Shown piece after piece: positions 1-9,600 of a stretch of DNA of 64,000 bases. The stretch comes from Ignavibacteria bacterium (GTDB lineage: Bacteria; Bacteroidota; Ignavibacteria; Tepidaquicellales; OLB5), in contig JADZAP010000027.1 of the NCBI GenBank assembly GCA_020852705.1, positions 68,577 through 132,576 on the forward strand, read 5' to 3'. Position 1 is the first letter of the stretch; each line of letters opens with the position of its first letter. Made by a program: the position numbers and the translations under genes. The notes beneath the pieces are model-generated. The model searched no databases. It saw only the letters and a list, made by a program, of their open reading frames with translations, and was not told the DNA's origin.

Positions 1-56
1 CCAACTTAATGTAAATTATTGTAAAAATAACGTATAAAAAGATAAAATTAATTGAT

Positions 57-1202
57 TTAAACTAAAAACTTGATTTTTTTGCAGCCAGAAAAAACTGCCA
101 AATCAAATAAACTCTTTTTATATTCCGTTTTAAATTTGTTTGTATATTTATGTCCTGTTTCCCAATACTCGTTAATAATATTAAAAGTATTATTTGCTCT
201 ATCTGCTTTAGCATCAATTCTGCCGGCAAATTTATTTCCATAAAGAACAGGCAGGCAGAAGTAGCCATATTTTCTTTTTGGTTGCGTTACATAACACTCA
301 ACTTTATAGTCAAACTCAAATAACTTATTGAGCCTTTTTCTCTGAATTACTAAATTATCAAAGGGAGAAAGAATCCTTACTTCTTGCGGAATATCTGAAT
401 GTAATAGTGCTAAATTTTTAACTGAATAGTAATAAGTTTCATTAACACCGTGAATTGTTAATTTGCTGATTTTGTTTTCATCAAGCAGTCGGTTCAAAGT
501 TAATTTAGTAACAGCTTTATTATGGTGCCTTAAATAAGTTAATTCTTTTTCAGATGAAATTCCTGCAGCAGTTAAAGATTTCATGATGATATGTTCTGAT
601 AGTTCTTCATTTGTAGGAATAGTATTAATGAAATTTTTAGGAAGAACCCTTTCAGGTAAATCATAAACTTTCTGAAATCCTTTTCTTGCTTTTAAAGCAA
701 GTCTGCCGGAGTGTAATAAAAATTCAAGTCCTTCTTTAAGGGGTTTCCAATCCCACCATAAACCCCTTTTTTTGGAGTCTTCAAAATCTCTTGATTGAAG
801 TGCGCCTTCTGAAGTAATTCTGTTCATAATAAATTTCAGCAGTTTGATATTTTTCTTTTCCCAATCAGCATATTTTTTGGCATACATTAATTTTCTTGGA
901 AGGGTAAATCTGTAGTTTTTAATTGACATATATGAAGCGGCATGATCCCAGAATTCAAAAACTTTCTTATCTTTATCAATAAGTTCATCAAGCATTTCGT
1001 TTTTAAATGCGGGCATACGTGACCATAAAACATGTTTATGAGCACGTTCTACAATTGAAATAGTATCTATTTGTATATATCCAAGGTGTTCAATTATTTT
1101 ATAAAGGTCATTTTTTGTATTACCTGAAATTCTTTTTCCCAAAAGCTGGGAATTAATTAAAATCTTTTGTGCATCACTAATTGAAATAATATTTGACTTC
1201 AC
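57..1202 (-). CDS. winged-helix DNA glycosylase-like protein (YcaQ/AlkZ, DUF1006 family)
   Basis: 381-aa ORF. The segments LGYIQIDTISIVERAHKHVLWSR and YGYFCLPVLYGNKFAGRIDAKADR look typical of the YcaQ family, recognised from memory with no search run. Confidence 0.6.
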   Translation of the reverse strand: MKSNIISISDAQKILINSQLLGKRISGNTKNDLYKIIEHLGYIQIDTISIVERAHKHVLWSRMPAFKNEMLDELIDKDKKVFEFWDHAASYMSIKNYRFTLPRKLMYAKKYADWEKKNIKLLKFIMNRITSEGALQSRDFEDSKKRGLWWDWKPLKEGLEFLLHSGRLALKARKGFQKVYDLPERVLPKNFINTIPTNEELSEHIIMKSLTAAGISSEKELTYLRHHNKAVTKLTLNRLLDENKISKLTIHGVNETYYYSVKNLALLHSDIPQEVRILSPFDNLVIQRKRLNKLFEFDYKVECYVTQPKRKYGYFCLPVLYGNKFAGRIDAKADRANNTFNIINEYWETGHKYTNKFKTEYKKSLFDLAVFSGCKKIKFLV

Positions 1203-1213
1203 AAAAATAAGGT

Positions 1214-1516
1214 TTATCTTTTAACTTTAAGTTTTTGAAGCAGTTCATTTGTAATTTGGTTTGAATAAATACCATAAGCATCAACAATTATTCCTTTTTC
1301 ACCTTTATTTGAAGTTATTGCATAGATTATTTCTTCATCATCAGGATTTGAATTACCTTCAAATCTGTAGAATTCTGTAATTTCAAAATCGTATGGTGAT
1401 AGCTTTAGTTTAAGGTTATTGCATTCTATGGAATCACATTTCAAATTAAAATCATTTACATAGCCTCTTTTTCTCAAATCATTAATAGCTTCTGATAAAG
1501 TATCGTAGTTTTTCAT
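1214..1516 (-). CDS. conserved small protein of unknown function
   Basis: 100-aa ORF, 11 nt upstream of and co-oriented with the YcaQ-like gene. The pattern YDTLSEAINDLRKRGY..FYRFEGNSNPDDE..YAI resembles a small family widespread in Bacteroidota-like genomes. Function unknown. Confidence 0.5.
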   Translation of the reverse strand: MKNYDTLSEAINDLRKRGYVNDFNLKCDSIECNNLKLKLSPYDFEITEFYRFEGNSNPDDEEIIYAITSNKGEKGIIVDAYGIYSNQITNELLQKLKVKR

Positions 1517-1935
1517 TATTTTACCTTCCTTAAATCTGTTTTAAAATTAAAACAGTATTAAACAGTTTTTTACAGAATTAGCTTGGCAGTGTAATATTAT
1601 TACTGCTGGTTCTACTTTGTTTGTAAATAAAACATTTATATAAATATTAATTTTTAAATAATTTTTTAATATAATAGTTTATATTATTTAATAATTTCAA
1701 CAAATGGTATAGCTATAAAGTTTAAATCATCTTTGTTTCAAAAATATAATAATAAGTATAAACATAAAACGCTTAAAGAAAAATTATTATTTTTATTTGC
1801 AGGTTATTTTATTTTCCTCACAATAATACTTTATTACGCAATTTCATTTATACATTATATTGGTTATTTTTAATTTAATTATTAGAAATATTTTTCAAAA
1901 TATTAATTTAAAATTACTTAGGAATTATTTTTTTA

Positions 1936-2910
1936 ATGTCAGCAAGTGAAAAAAAACCTGTTAAAAGCTTAAGAATATTTGCGGATAAGTTAATTGATTA
2001 TGCAGGATTGTACCCGCCTGCAAGTCTTAACCTTCCTCAGGCATTTCATAATTATATATTTTACAAGCAAGACGAATTAAATTGGATGCTTTCTAAGTTC
2101 ATAATACCAGCAAGAAGACTTGCTGAACTTTCTGAAATCATGAACGATATAGTTATAAAAGATAAAGTATCACTTTCTGTTCTGGGAAGCGGAGGAAAAG
2201 ATACGGAAGAATATCTTAATAACTTTGAAAAAGATTTACAATTTGTAAAAAATTTTTTTGATTCAAACAGCATTCATGTATCAATTGATGCATTTGAAAT
2301 AAGACTGCCGGATAAGATGTTTATTGAGGAATCAAATGATTCTTTAAAATACCTAATGATGAAGACTGCAGAAGGACTTTATGAAACATTGGGTAAAAAT
2401 ATACCGGTATATTATGAAGCAGTATTATCGCAAAAGTATGAACATGAAATAATAAGAACTGCTGAAACTATTGCATCATTAAAAAATGATTCAGGGTATA
2501 AACTCAGAACCGGGGGTATTGAGCCTTCAGCATTTCCTGAACCTGAAGTAATTGCGTTTGCAATTATGACATGCTGTGAGTATAATGTCCCAATGAAATT
2601 TACAGCAGGTCTTCATCACCCTATCCGTCATTTTAATGAAGAAGTAAAATCAAATATGTATGGTTTTATAAATGTTTTTGCTGCAGGTATATTAGCACAT
2701 GAAAGTAATCTTGATGAAGAGGAACTTATTGAAATATTAACCGATGAAGACCCGTATGAATTTATATTCAATGATGAGGGGATAGAATGGAACGGAATAA
2801 AGGTGTTAAATGAAGAAATAAAATTATGCAGAGAGAACTTTATGGTTTCTTATGGCAGCTGCAGTTTTACAGAACCGACAGATGATTTAAAAACCTTGGA
2901 GTTATTATAA
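1936..2910 (+). CDS. hypothetical protein (enzyme-like, family not recognised)
   Basis: 324-aa ORF ending 24 nt before fahA. Conserved-looking segments are GYKLRTGG, KFTAGLHHPIRH and YGSCSFTEP. It has no signal peptide. Confidence 0.6.
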   Translation: MSASEKKPVKSLRIFADKLIDYAGLYPPASLNLPQAFHNYIFYKQDELNWMLSKFIIPARRLAELSEIMNDIVIKDKVSLSVLGSGGKDTEEYLNNFEKDLQFVKNFFDSNSIHVSIDAFEIRLPDKMFIEESNDSLKYLMMKTAEGLYETLGKNIPVYYEAVLSQKYEHEIIRTAETIASLKNDSGYKLRTGGIEPSAFPEPEVIAFAIMTCCEYNVPMKFTAGLHHPIRHFNEEVKSNMYGFINVFAAGILAHESNLDEEELIEILTDEDPYEFIFNDEGIEWNGIKVLNEEIKLCRENFMVSYGSCSFTEPTDDLKTLELL

Positions 2911-2934
2911 TCTTGCAAGGAGAAAAATTATTAA

Positions 2935-4191
2935 ATGAGATCATTTATTGAAGTTAAACCAGATTCAGATTTTCCTTTACAAAATTTACCATACGGAGTA
3001 TTTAAGCTAAAGATTGGAAGTGCACCTGTATGCGGAACTGCTATAGGTGATTATGTAATAGATCTTTCAGTGCTTGAAAAAAAAGGTTACTTTGCAAAAA
3101 CGTTACTTGGGAATAAGAAAATTTTTTCACAGCCTAGTTTAAATTCTTTTATGGGGCTAGGCAGAGAAGCATGGAAACAGGTACGAGTTGTTCTGCAAAC
3201 AGTACTTAGTGATGAAAATCCAATGTTTAGGGACGATAAGGATTTGCAGAAAATTGCAATTATTCCAATGAACGATGTGGTAATGTGCCTTCCTGCTGAA
3301 ATAGGAGATTATACAGATTTTTATTCCTCAAAGGAACACGCAACCAATGTTGGTACAATGTTCCGCGGAAAAGAAAATGCTCTAATGCCAAACTGGCTTC
3401 ATATTCCAATAGGATATCACGGAAGATCCAGCTCAATTGTAGTAAGCGGAACAGAAATTAAGCGTCCCAAGGGACAAATAAAACCGGCAAATTCAGAAAA
3501 TCCAATTTTTAGTCCCTCAAAACTTCTTGATTTTGAACTAGAGATGGGGTTTCTTATCGGACCGGGAAATTCACTAGGAAAAGTTATTCCAATTGATAAT
3601 GCTTATGACCATATTTTTGGTATGGTACTTGTTAATGACTGGAGTGCCAGAGATATTCAGACATGGGAGTATCAGCCGCTTGGACCTTTTTTAGCTAAAA
3701 ATTTTGCGACATCAATTTCGCCATGGGTAGTTACCATGGAAGCACTAGAGCCATTTAAGCTAAAAGGACCGGAACAGTATCCTGAGCCATTGGAATATCT
3801 AAATTCTAAAGATGACTGGGCATACGATATTAAACTTGATGTTTATTTAAAAACTCAAAGTGAAAATGAAAATATTAAAATTTCCAGCTCAAATTTTAAA
3901 TATATGTATTGGAATATTTGCCAGCAACTTGCACACCATACAATTAACGGATGCAATACCCGCACAGGTGATATGATGGCTTCGGGAACAATCAGCGGAC
4001 CGACAAAGGATTCATACGGCTCAATGTTAGAGCTTACATGGCGGGGAGAAAATCCAATAAAACTTCCGTGCGGAAGTGAACGAAAATTCATTGAAGATGG
4101 TGATACTATTACAATAAAAGGTTATTGCGAAGGAAATGGATACAGGGTTGGATTTGGTGAAGTTTCAGGGAAGATACTTCCGGCTATTTAA
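2935..4191 (+). CDS. fahA: fumarylacetoacetase
   Basis: 418 aa. The N-terminus FPLQNLPYGVF and the internal IGDYTDFYSS, HATNVG, IGYHGRSSS and VNDWSARDIQ are hallmarks of full-length (eukaryote-type) FAH. AAGGAG precedes the ATG. Confidence 0.9.
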   Translation: MRSFIEVKPDSDFPLQNLPYGVFKLKIGSAPVCGTAIGDYVIDLSVLEKKGYFAKTLLGNKKIFSQPSLNSFMGLGREAWKQVRVVLQTVLSDENPMFRDDKDLQKIAIIPMNDVVMCLPAEIGDYTDFYSSKEHATNVGTMFRGKENALMPNWLHIPIGYHGRSSSIVVSGTEIKRPKGQIKPANSENPIFSPSKLLDFELEMGFLIGPGNSLGKVIPIDNAYDHIFGMVLVNDWSARDIQTWEYQPLGPFLAKNFATSISPWVVTMEALEPFKLKGPEQYPEPLEYLNSKDDWAYDIKLDVYLKTQSENENIKISSSNFKYMYWNICQQLAHHTINGCNTRTGDMMASGTISGPTKDSYGSMLELTWRGENPIKLPCGSERKFIEDGDTITIKGYCEGNGYRVGFGEVSGKILPAI

Positions 4192-4340
4192 AAGATGTTT
4201 AAAAATATAATAGATTTTTAGAAATTTATGGAATATGTAATTTATATATTAGCTGCAATTTTTCTTTCATTCTTATTATATACAGCAATTGTATTTATAA
4301 TTGCTTTTTTCAAAGACTAATTTAATGAATTATTTATAAT

Positions 4341-4994
4341 TTGGAAGTTGAAGAACACCATATTTCTGTTTTTAGAACTGCAAGATATTTTAAACTTGGC
4401 AAGGCAACAGAGCATTCCAAAGATATATGGATTATGCTTCATGGTCACAGGCAGCTTGCAGGTAATTTTATAAAACATTTTGAAGAACTTGCTGTAAACA
4501 GCAGTGTGTTATATGCACCTGAAGCATTGATGCGAATATATTTAAAAGGTGATTATGGTGATGTTGGTGCATCTTGGATGACAAAAGAAGACAGGGAAAG
4601 TGATATAAAGGATTATGTTAATTATCTTGACAGATTATTTTTTGATTTAATATATCCAGAAGCTGAACAATTTAAATTAAAAATTAATGTGCTTGGATTT
4701 TCACAGGGGTCTGCAACACTTTGCCGATGGCTTTCACTTGGAAAAGCCAGGGTTAACAAAGCAGTATTTTGGTGCGGCAGCCTTGCGCATGAAATTAATT
4801 ATAAAAATTACCCGCATTTAAAAGAGGTTGAAATTCACCAGATATTTGCATCAAATGACCCATACTATAACAATAATTTTCCAAAATCACAGATTAAATT
4901 ATTAAATGATGCAGGAATAATATCGCGATCATATATTTTTAATGGTGGTCATGAAATTTCAGTTCGATTAATGAAAGAATCATCAATATTATAA
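4341..4994 (+). CDS. alpha/beta hydrolase (carboxylesterase/phospholipase-like)
   Basis: 217 aa with nucleophile elbow GFSQGS and an HG motif (IMLHGH). A TTG start is implied, because there is no in-frame ATG before the HG motif. Confidence 0.6.
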   Translation: MEVEEHHISVFRTARYFKLGKATEHSKDIWIMLHGHRQLAGNFIKHFEELAVNSSVLYAPEALMRIYLKGDYGDVGASWMTKEDRESDIKDYVNYLDRLFFDLIYPEAEQFKLKINVLGFSQGSATLCRWLSLGKARVNKAVFWCGSLAHEINYKNYPHLKEVEIHQIFASNDPYYNNNFPKSQIKLLNDAGIISRSYIFNGGHEISVRLMKESSIL

Positions 4995-5155
4995 TTATTT
5001 ATTAAACGTAGATTCAATATGTTTTAAATGCATAAAAGATTTATAATTAAGAATCCCATATGACAAAAATCATTATTTATGTAAAAAAAAATATATAATT
5101 TTGTACTTATAAATATTTGAAATAATTAAATCTGAATTAAAAAAGAAAATAATTT

Positions 5156-6541
5156 ATGAGCTTTAAAACAATAATTGAACCATTTAAGATAAAAGAAGTA
5201 GAACCAATAAGTGTTACCTCAGAAGAAGAACGGGTACAGTATTTAAAAGACGCTCATTACAATCCCTTTATGCTGAAATCAGAGCAAGTATTGATAGATT
5301 TTTTGACAGATAGCGGAACATCAGCAATGAGCTCACGCCAATGGGCAGCTATGATGGAAGCAGATGAAGCTTATGCAGGTTCTAAAAGCTGGCATAGAAT
5401 GGAAGCTGTTATAAAAGATCTTACAGGTTATAATTATATACTGCCAACTCATCAGGGCAGAGCAGCAGAGAGAATTTTATACAGTCATCTTGGAGGAAAG
5501 GGGAAAGTGTTTATTAGTAACACCCATTTTGATACAACAAGGGCAAATATAGAGTTCAGCGGAGCGGAGGCAATTGATATTCCAATTGAAGAAGCAAAAC
5601 ATCCTATGCTTGATCATCCTTTTAAAGGAAATATTGATACAAAAGCCCTGGAGGAGCTTATTTTAAAATATGGAGCTGAAAATATTGGGGGGGTAATATT
5701 AACTGTTACAAATAACAGCGGAGGCGGTCAGCCTGTAAGCATGTTTAATGCAAAAGAAGCCCAAAAAATTTGCCAAAAGTATAAAGTCAGATATTTTATA
5801 GATTGCTGCCGTATTGCAGAAAATGCGTATTACATAAAACACCGTGAAGCAGGGTATGAAAATAAATCATATAAACAGATTGCACAGGAAATGTTTGCAC
5901 TTGCTGATGGCGGGGTAATGAGTGCTAAAAAAGATGGATTAGTTAATATGGGAGGATTTCTTGCTCTAAAAGATAAAAAACTTGCGGATGAATGTACAAA
6001 TTTGCTGATAATAACTGAAGGATTTGCAACATACGGAGGTCTTTCCGGCAGAAGTATGGAAGCAATATCTGTAGGTTTAGAAGAAGTTTTTGAACCGGCA
6101 TATCTTCAATACAGGATACGAAGCACTGCATATCTTGGTGAAAAACTTTATAAAATGGGTGTTCCGTTAATTTATCCAATCGGAGGACATGCTGTGTATA
6201 TTGATGCTAAAGCTTTCTACCAACATATTCCGGTTAATGAATATCCCGGGCAGGCAATGGTTTGCGAGCTGTATCTAAAAGGCGGTATTCGTTCTGTAGA
6301 AATAGGCTCTGTTATGTTTGGGAAGTATGACAAAGAGAGAAAACTTATCCCTGCTCCAAATGAGCTTGTGAGGCTTGCAATACCCCGCCGTGTTTATACA
6401 CAAAGTCATATAGAGTATGTTATTGAAGTTTTTGAAAAAATATTAATCGGAAAAGATGAAGTAAGAGGAGTTAAGATAGTTGAAGAACCTGAATTTCTTA
6501 GACATTTTACAGCAAAATTTGAGCGATTAAATAAAACTTGA
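5156..6541 (+). CDS. tnaA: tryptophanase (beta-eliminating lyase family)
   Basis: 461 aa. The PLP-lysine context is MSAKKDGLVNMGGF. The C-terminal GIRSVEIGS and LRHFTAKF resemble TnaA more than tyrosine phenol-lyase, but that distinction is made from memory only. Confidence 0.75.
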   Translation: MSFKTIIEPFKIKEVEPISVTSEEERVQYLKDAHYNPFMLKSEQVLIDFLTDSGTSAMSSRQWAAMMEADEAYAGSKSWHRMEAVIKDLTGYNYILPTHQGRAAERILYSHLGGKGKVFISNTHFDTTRANIEFSGAEAIDIPIEEAKHPMLDHPFKGNIDTKALEELILKYGAENIGGVILTVTNNSGGGQPVSMFNAKEAQKICQKYKVRYFIDCCRIAENAYYIKHREAGYENKSYKQIAQEMFALADGGVMSAKKDGLVNMGGFLALKDKKLADECTNLLIITEGFATYGGLSGRSMEAISVGLEEVFEPAYLQYRIRSTAYLGEKLYKMGVPLIYPIGGHAVYIDAKAFYQHIPVNEYPGQAMVCELYLKGGIRSVEIGSVMFGKYDKERKLIPAPNELVRLAIPRRVYTQSHIEYVIEVFEKILIGKDEVRGVKIVEEPEFLRHFTAKFERLNKT

Positions 6542-6606
6542 TTGTTATTAAATTTACAAGTATAATAATATTTTAAGTTAAGTTTTAATAAAAGTAATTA
6601 GATTAT

Positions 6607-6641
6607 AAAAAAACCCGGCAAACACCGGGTTTTAATTTTTT
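6607..6641. terminator. bidirectional rho-independent terminator between convergent genes
   Basis: The stem is aaaacccgg/ccgggtttt (about 9 bp with a 6-nt loop). It is flanked by an A-run on the left and a T-run on the right. It lies between the tnaA stop and the stop of the 1248-aa gene. Confidence 0.75.
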
Positions 6642-6670
6642 GTTATACTGATAAACGATAATTTATTTTT

Positions 6671-9600
6671 TTAATTGGTTGTAAATTGATTATTTGCTTT
6701 TGCGAACAGATGATCCATCCAAAACTTAGTAAGTTTTTCGAGTACGCTGTTATTTTTTAAGCGGGAGTTCAGGTTATTAAAATCAACTTCGTCCATAAAT
6801 TGATCCTGATTAAAGCACGTGAATACAAAAGATTCCTTGCCGGTTACCGGATCAACGTGTTTTTGCAGGCACTGTGCACAAACTTCTTTCATCATGCATT
6901 GCATAGGAGAGTTAATGCTGGCAATTGCTGTATGAACAGGATTGATATATGGTTTCAAAACACCATGTCTGGATTCCTGCACTGCTTTCATCATCCTATC
7001 GCTGCCAATTGCGATTATCCTGTTAACATTCTTGAGATCAAACAATGTTTTATCTTCTGCGTTATGTTCCAATTTACCTTCGGCATAAGCTATCATTGCC
7101 TGAACAATATTAGCAGTAATAGCCCTATCCTGTGGTCTGCGAGGCTGAATTGTATCACCAAAATCATTTGACCAAATCACCTGATCAGTTCCTTCTTCAA
7201 CTTCATTACGTTTAAAAACGTCGCTAGTATTTCTGTAACCGGCAAAGTAAATAACCTTGTTGCCAGCATCTTTTAATGCTTTTGCAACCGAAAACAGAAC
7301 TGCATTGCCAAGGCCTCCGCCTGCTAAAAGAACAGTTTCTCCTTTTGGAATTGTAGTTGGCTCACCAGTAGGACCCATAACAACAACACGCTGCCCCTGT
7401 TTTAAATGACGGCACATTCTGGAACTTCCCCACATTTCAAGAATTATCAGGCTTAGCAGTCCTTTTTCCTTATCAACCCAAGCACCTGTTAAGGCAAGAC
7501 CTTCCATCATCATTTTAGAGCCGTCAATTGTTGAAGCTGTTGTTTCATAGTTTTGCAGTCGATAAAACTGACCGGGATGGAATTTTTTTGCCTGCATAGG
7601 TGCCTTTAGAACAACTTCAACAATTGTTGGAGTTAAAATATTAACCTCATGAACCGTAGCAATAAATTCACTATCAAGTTTATTTATAAACTCAAGATAA
7701 TTTTTTTCTAGATCTTCGGGCTGTTCATCTTTTATAAAGTCTTTAAAAATCTTTGCCACTTCCTTGTAACCATCTTTAGCAGATGCCATAGCTTTAACTA
7801 CATTACCTGCATATCTTGGATGGTTATCTCCATAACATGTAATAAATTTTCCATCTTTATTATATGATGTAAAGAATCCAGTTTCATTTTTACCTACTTT
7901 AATTAATTTTCCATCTTCGCCAAGTTTAAAAGTCTGGAAAAACTGATTTTTTTCATCAAGTTCAAATGTTCCCTGATGTTCACGTTCATAAATTACATTT
8001 GGCGATGTGCCAGCTGCAATAAGAACGGTTTTAGCGGGGAGTGTAACGGTTTCATCAAGATCTATATATTTTCCATCATCAGTTTTTTCCTGTTTACGAA
8101 ATATAATTTGCTTTACAGCTCCAAACTCATTTGGTACTGCTTCCTGGGGACTTAATTTTTCCCAATAATAAATTCCTTCTTCCAGTGATTTTATCACTTC
8201 TTCATGATTAAGTCTGTAAGCTGGAGAATCATTCAAAGATTTTCGGTAGCATAAAGTAACTCCGCCCCAGTTTCTAACCAATGATACAAAATTTGGTTCT
8301 TCTCCTGCATCAGCAGCCCTTTTTCTTTCAGCTCTAACAGCAGCGCCGTGCTGAAGAAATGTTTTTACAATTCCTTTTTCTTCTGCATCATACATACTCA
8401 TTGTTGTTTCTTCGCCCAGCACTTTAACACAAGCTTCAAATTTATCAATAAATTTTTCTACCTGAATTGGATAATATGCAAAAGCTTCTGTTGAAGTATC
8501 AATAGCAGTAAGTCCGCCGCCAATTACAACAGCCGGAAGCTGAAGCATAAGGTTTGCAAGGGAATCTTTTTTAGCTGCACCGGTAAGTTGAAGTGCCATC
8601 AGAAAATCAGATGCTTTACGGATTCCGCGAATTAAATTATTTTTCATTTTTACAATGGTAGGTTTGCCGGCACCTGTTGCAATTGCAATATGATCAATGC
8701 CTAATTTCCATGCATCATCAATTTCAATTGTTCCGCCAAACCGCACTCCGTCATAAACTTTAAAGTGTTTTCTTCTTGCAAGTGTTAAATATTCTACTTT
8801 TAAAAAATTCTTATCCCATCTGACAGTTATACCGTATTCTGAAACTCCTCCAAATCCAAGAAATACCCTTTTATCAAGTTCATCCTGAATATCTGTATAA
8901 TTCAATACAGGTTTTGGAGTGATATAATTACCGTTTTCATTTCTGCCACCGGTAATATCAGGATGAATATGTTCAATTTTTAATCCATCAACTCCAACAA
9001 CACAAAATCCTTCATTAAGCAGATATTGTGCAAGTGTGTAGCCGGCAGGACCCATGCCAACTACCATTACATTTTTACCATTATATGGAAGTTCATACGG
9101 GCGGGCAACATTAATAGGATTCCATCTTGTTAAAAGTGAATAAATCTCAAATCCCCATGGCAGGTAAAGAACATCAGTGAGTGAACGCGTTTCAATCTGA
9201 GGTATATCAACAGGTTCCTGTTTTTGATAAATGCACGCTTTCATACAGTCATTGCAAATACGATGACCTGTACCGGGACACATAGGATTATCAATCATAA
9301 TTATAGCAAGTGAGCCAATAGACCTGCCTTCATATTTCAGCAAGTGCATTTCAGAAATTTTTTCATGAAGGGGGCAGCCTGTAAGTTTTATACCAAGCGG
9401 ATTGTGTTTAGGGGTACCATCTTTTTCAAGCATTCCTTTAGAGCAGGAGTCTTTTCCCCGTTCGTGACAAAAGACGCAATATTCCACTTCTCCCATAATA
9501 TGCCTGTTATCATATCTGTGATCTGTAAGTTTAAATCCGTCACGTTTTCTTAAGGTTTCTTCATCACCATAAACTTTTTCGGGGATACCTTCAAATTCAA

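Noticed and set aside
1517-1935. 419-bp gene-free region (and the gaps at 10418-10739, 16050-16430 and 36300-36595) as hiding places for RNA genes
   Set aside because: These regions are extremely AT-rich with no GC-rich stems, no tRNA-like cloverleaf segments and no conserved-looking blocks. They are most simply promoter regions for the flanking genes, divergent at 1517-1935 and 36300-36595. An Rfam scan would be needed to exclude small RNAs.
4228-4320. 30-codon hydrophobic mini-ORF (MEYVIYILAAIFLSFLLYTAIVFIIAFFKD) between fahA and the esterase
   Set aside because: AT-rich codons (TTT, ATT, TTA, TAT) generate hydrophobic peptides by default, and a 30-codon ORF is easily a chance event. No ribosome-binding site is evident. 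It is worth checking only if ribosome profiling exists.
2935-6541. A complete homogentisate/tyrosine degradation operon
   Set aside because: Only fahA is present. The hppD, hmgA and maiA genes are absent from the window, and the neighbouring lyase looks like tryptophanase rather than a tyrosine-pathway enzyme.
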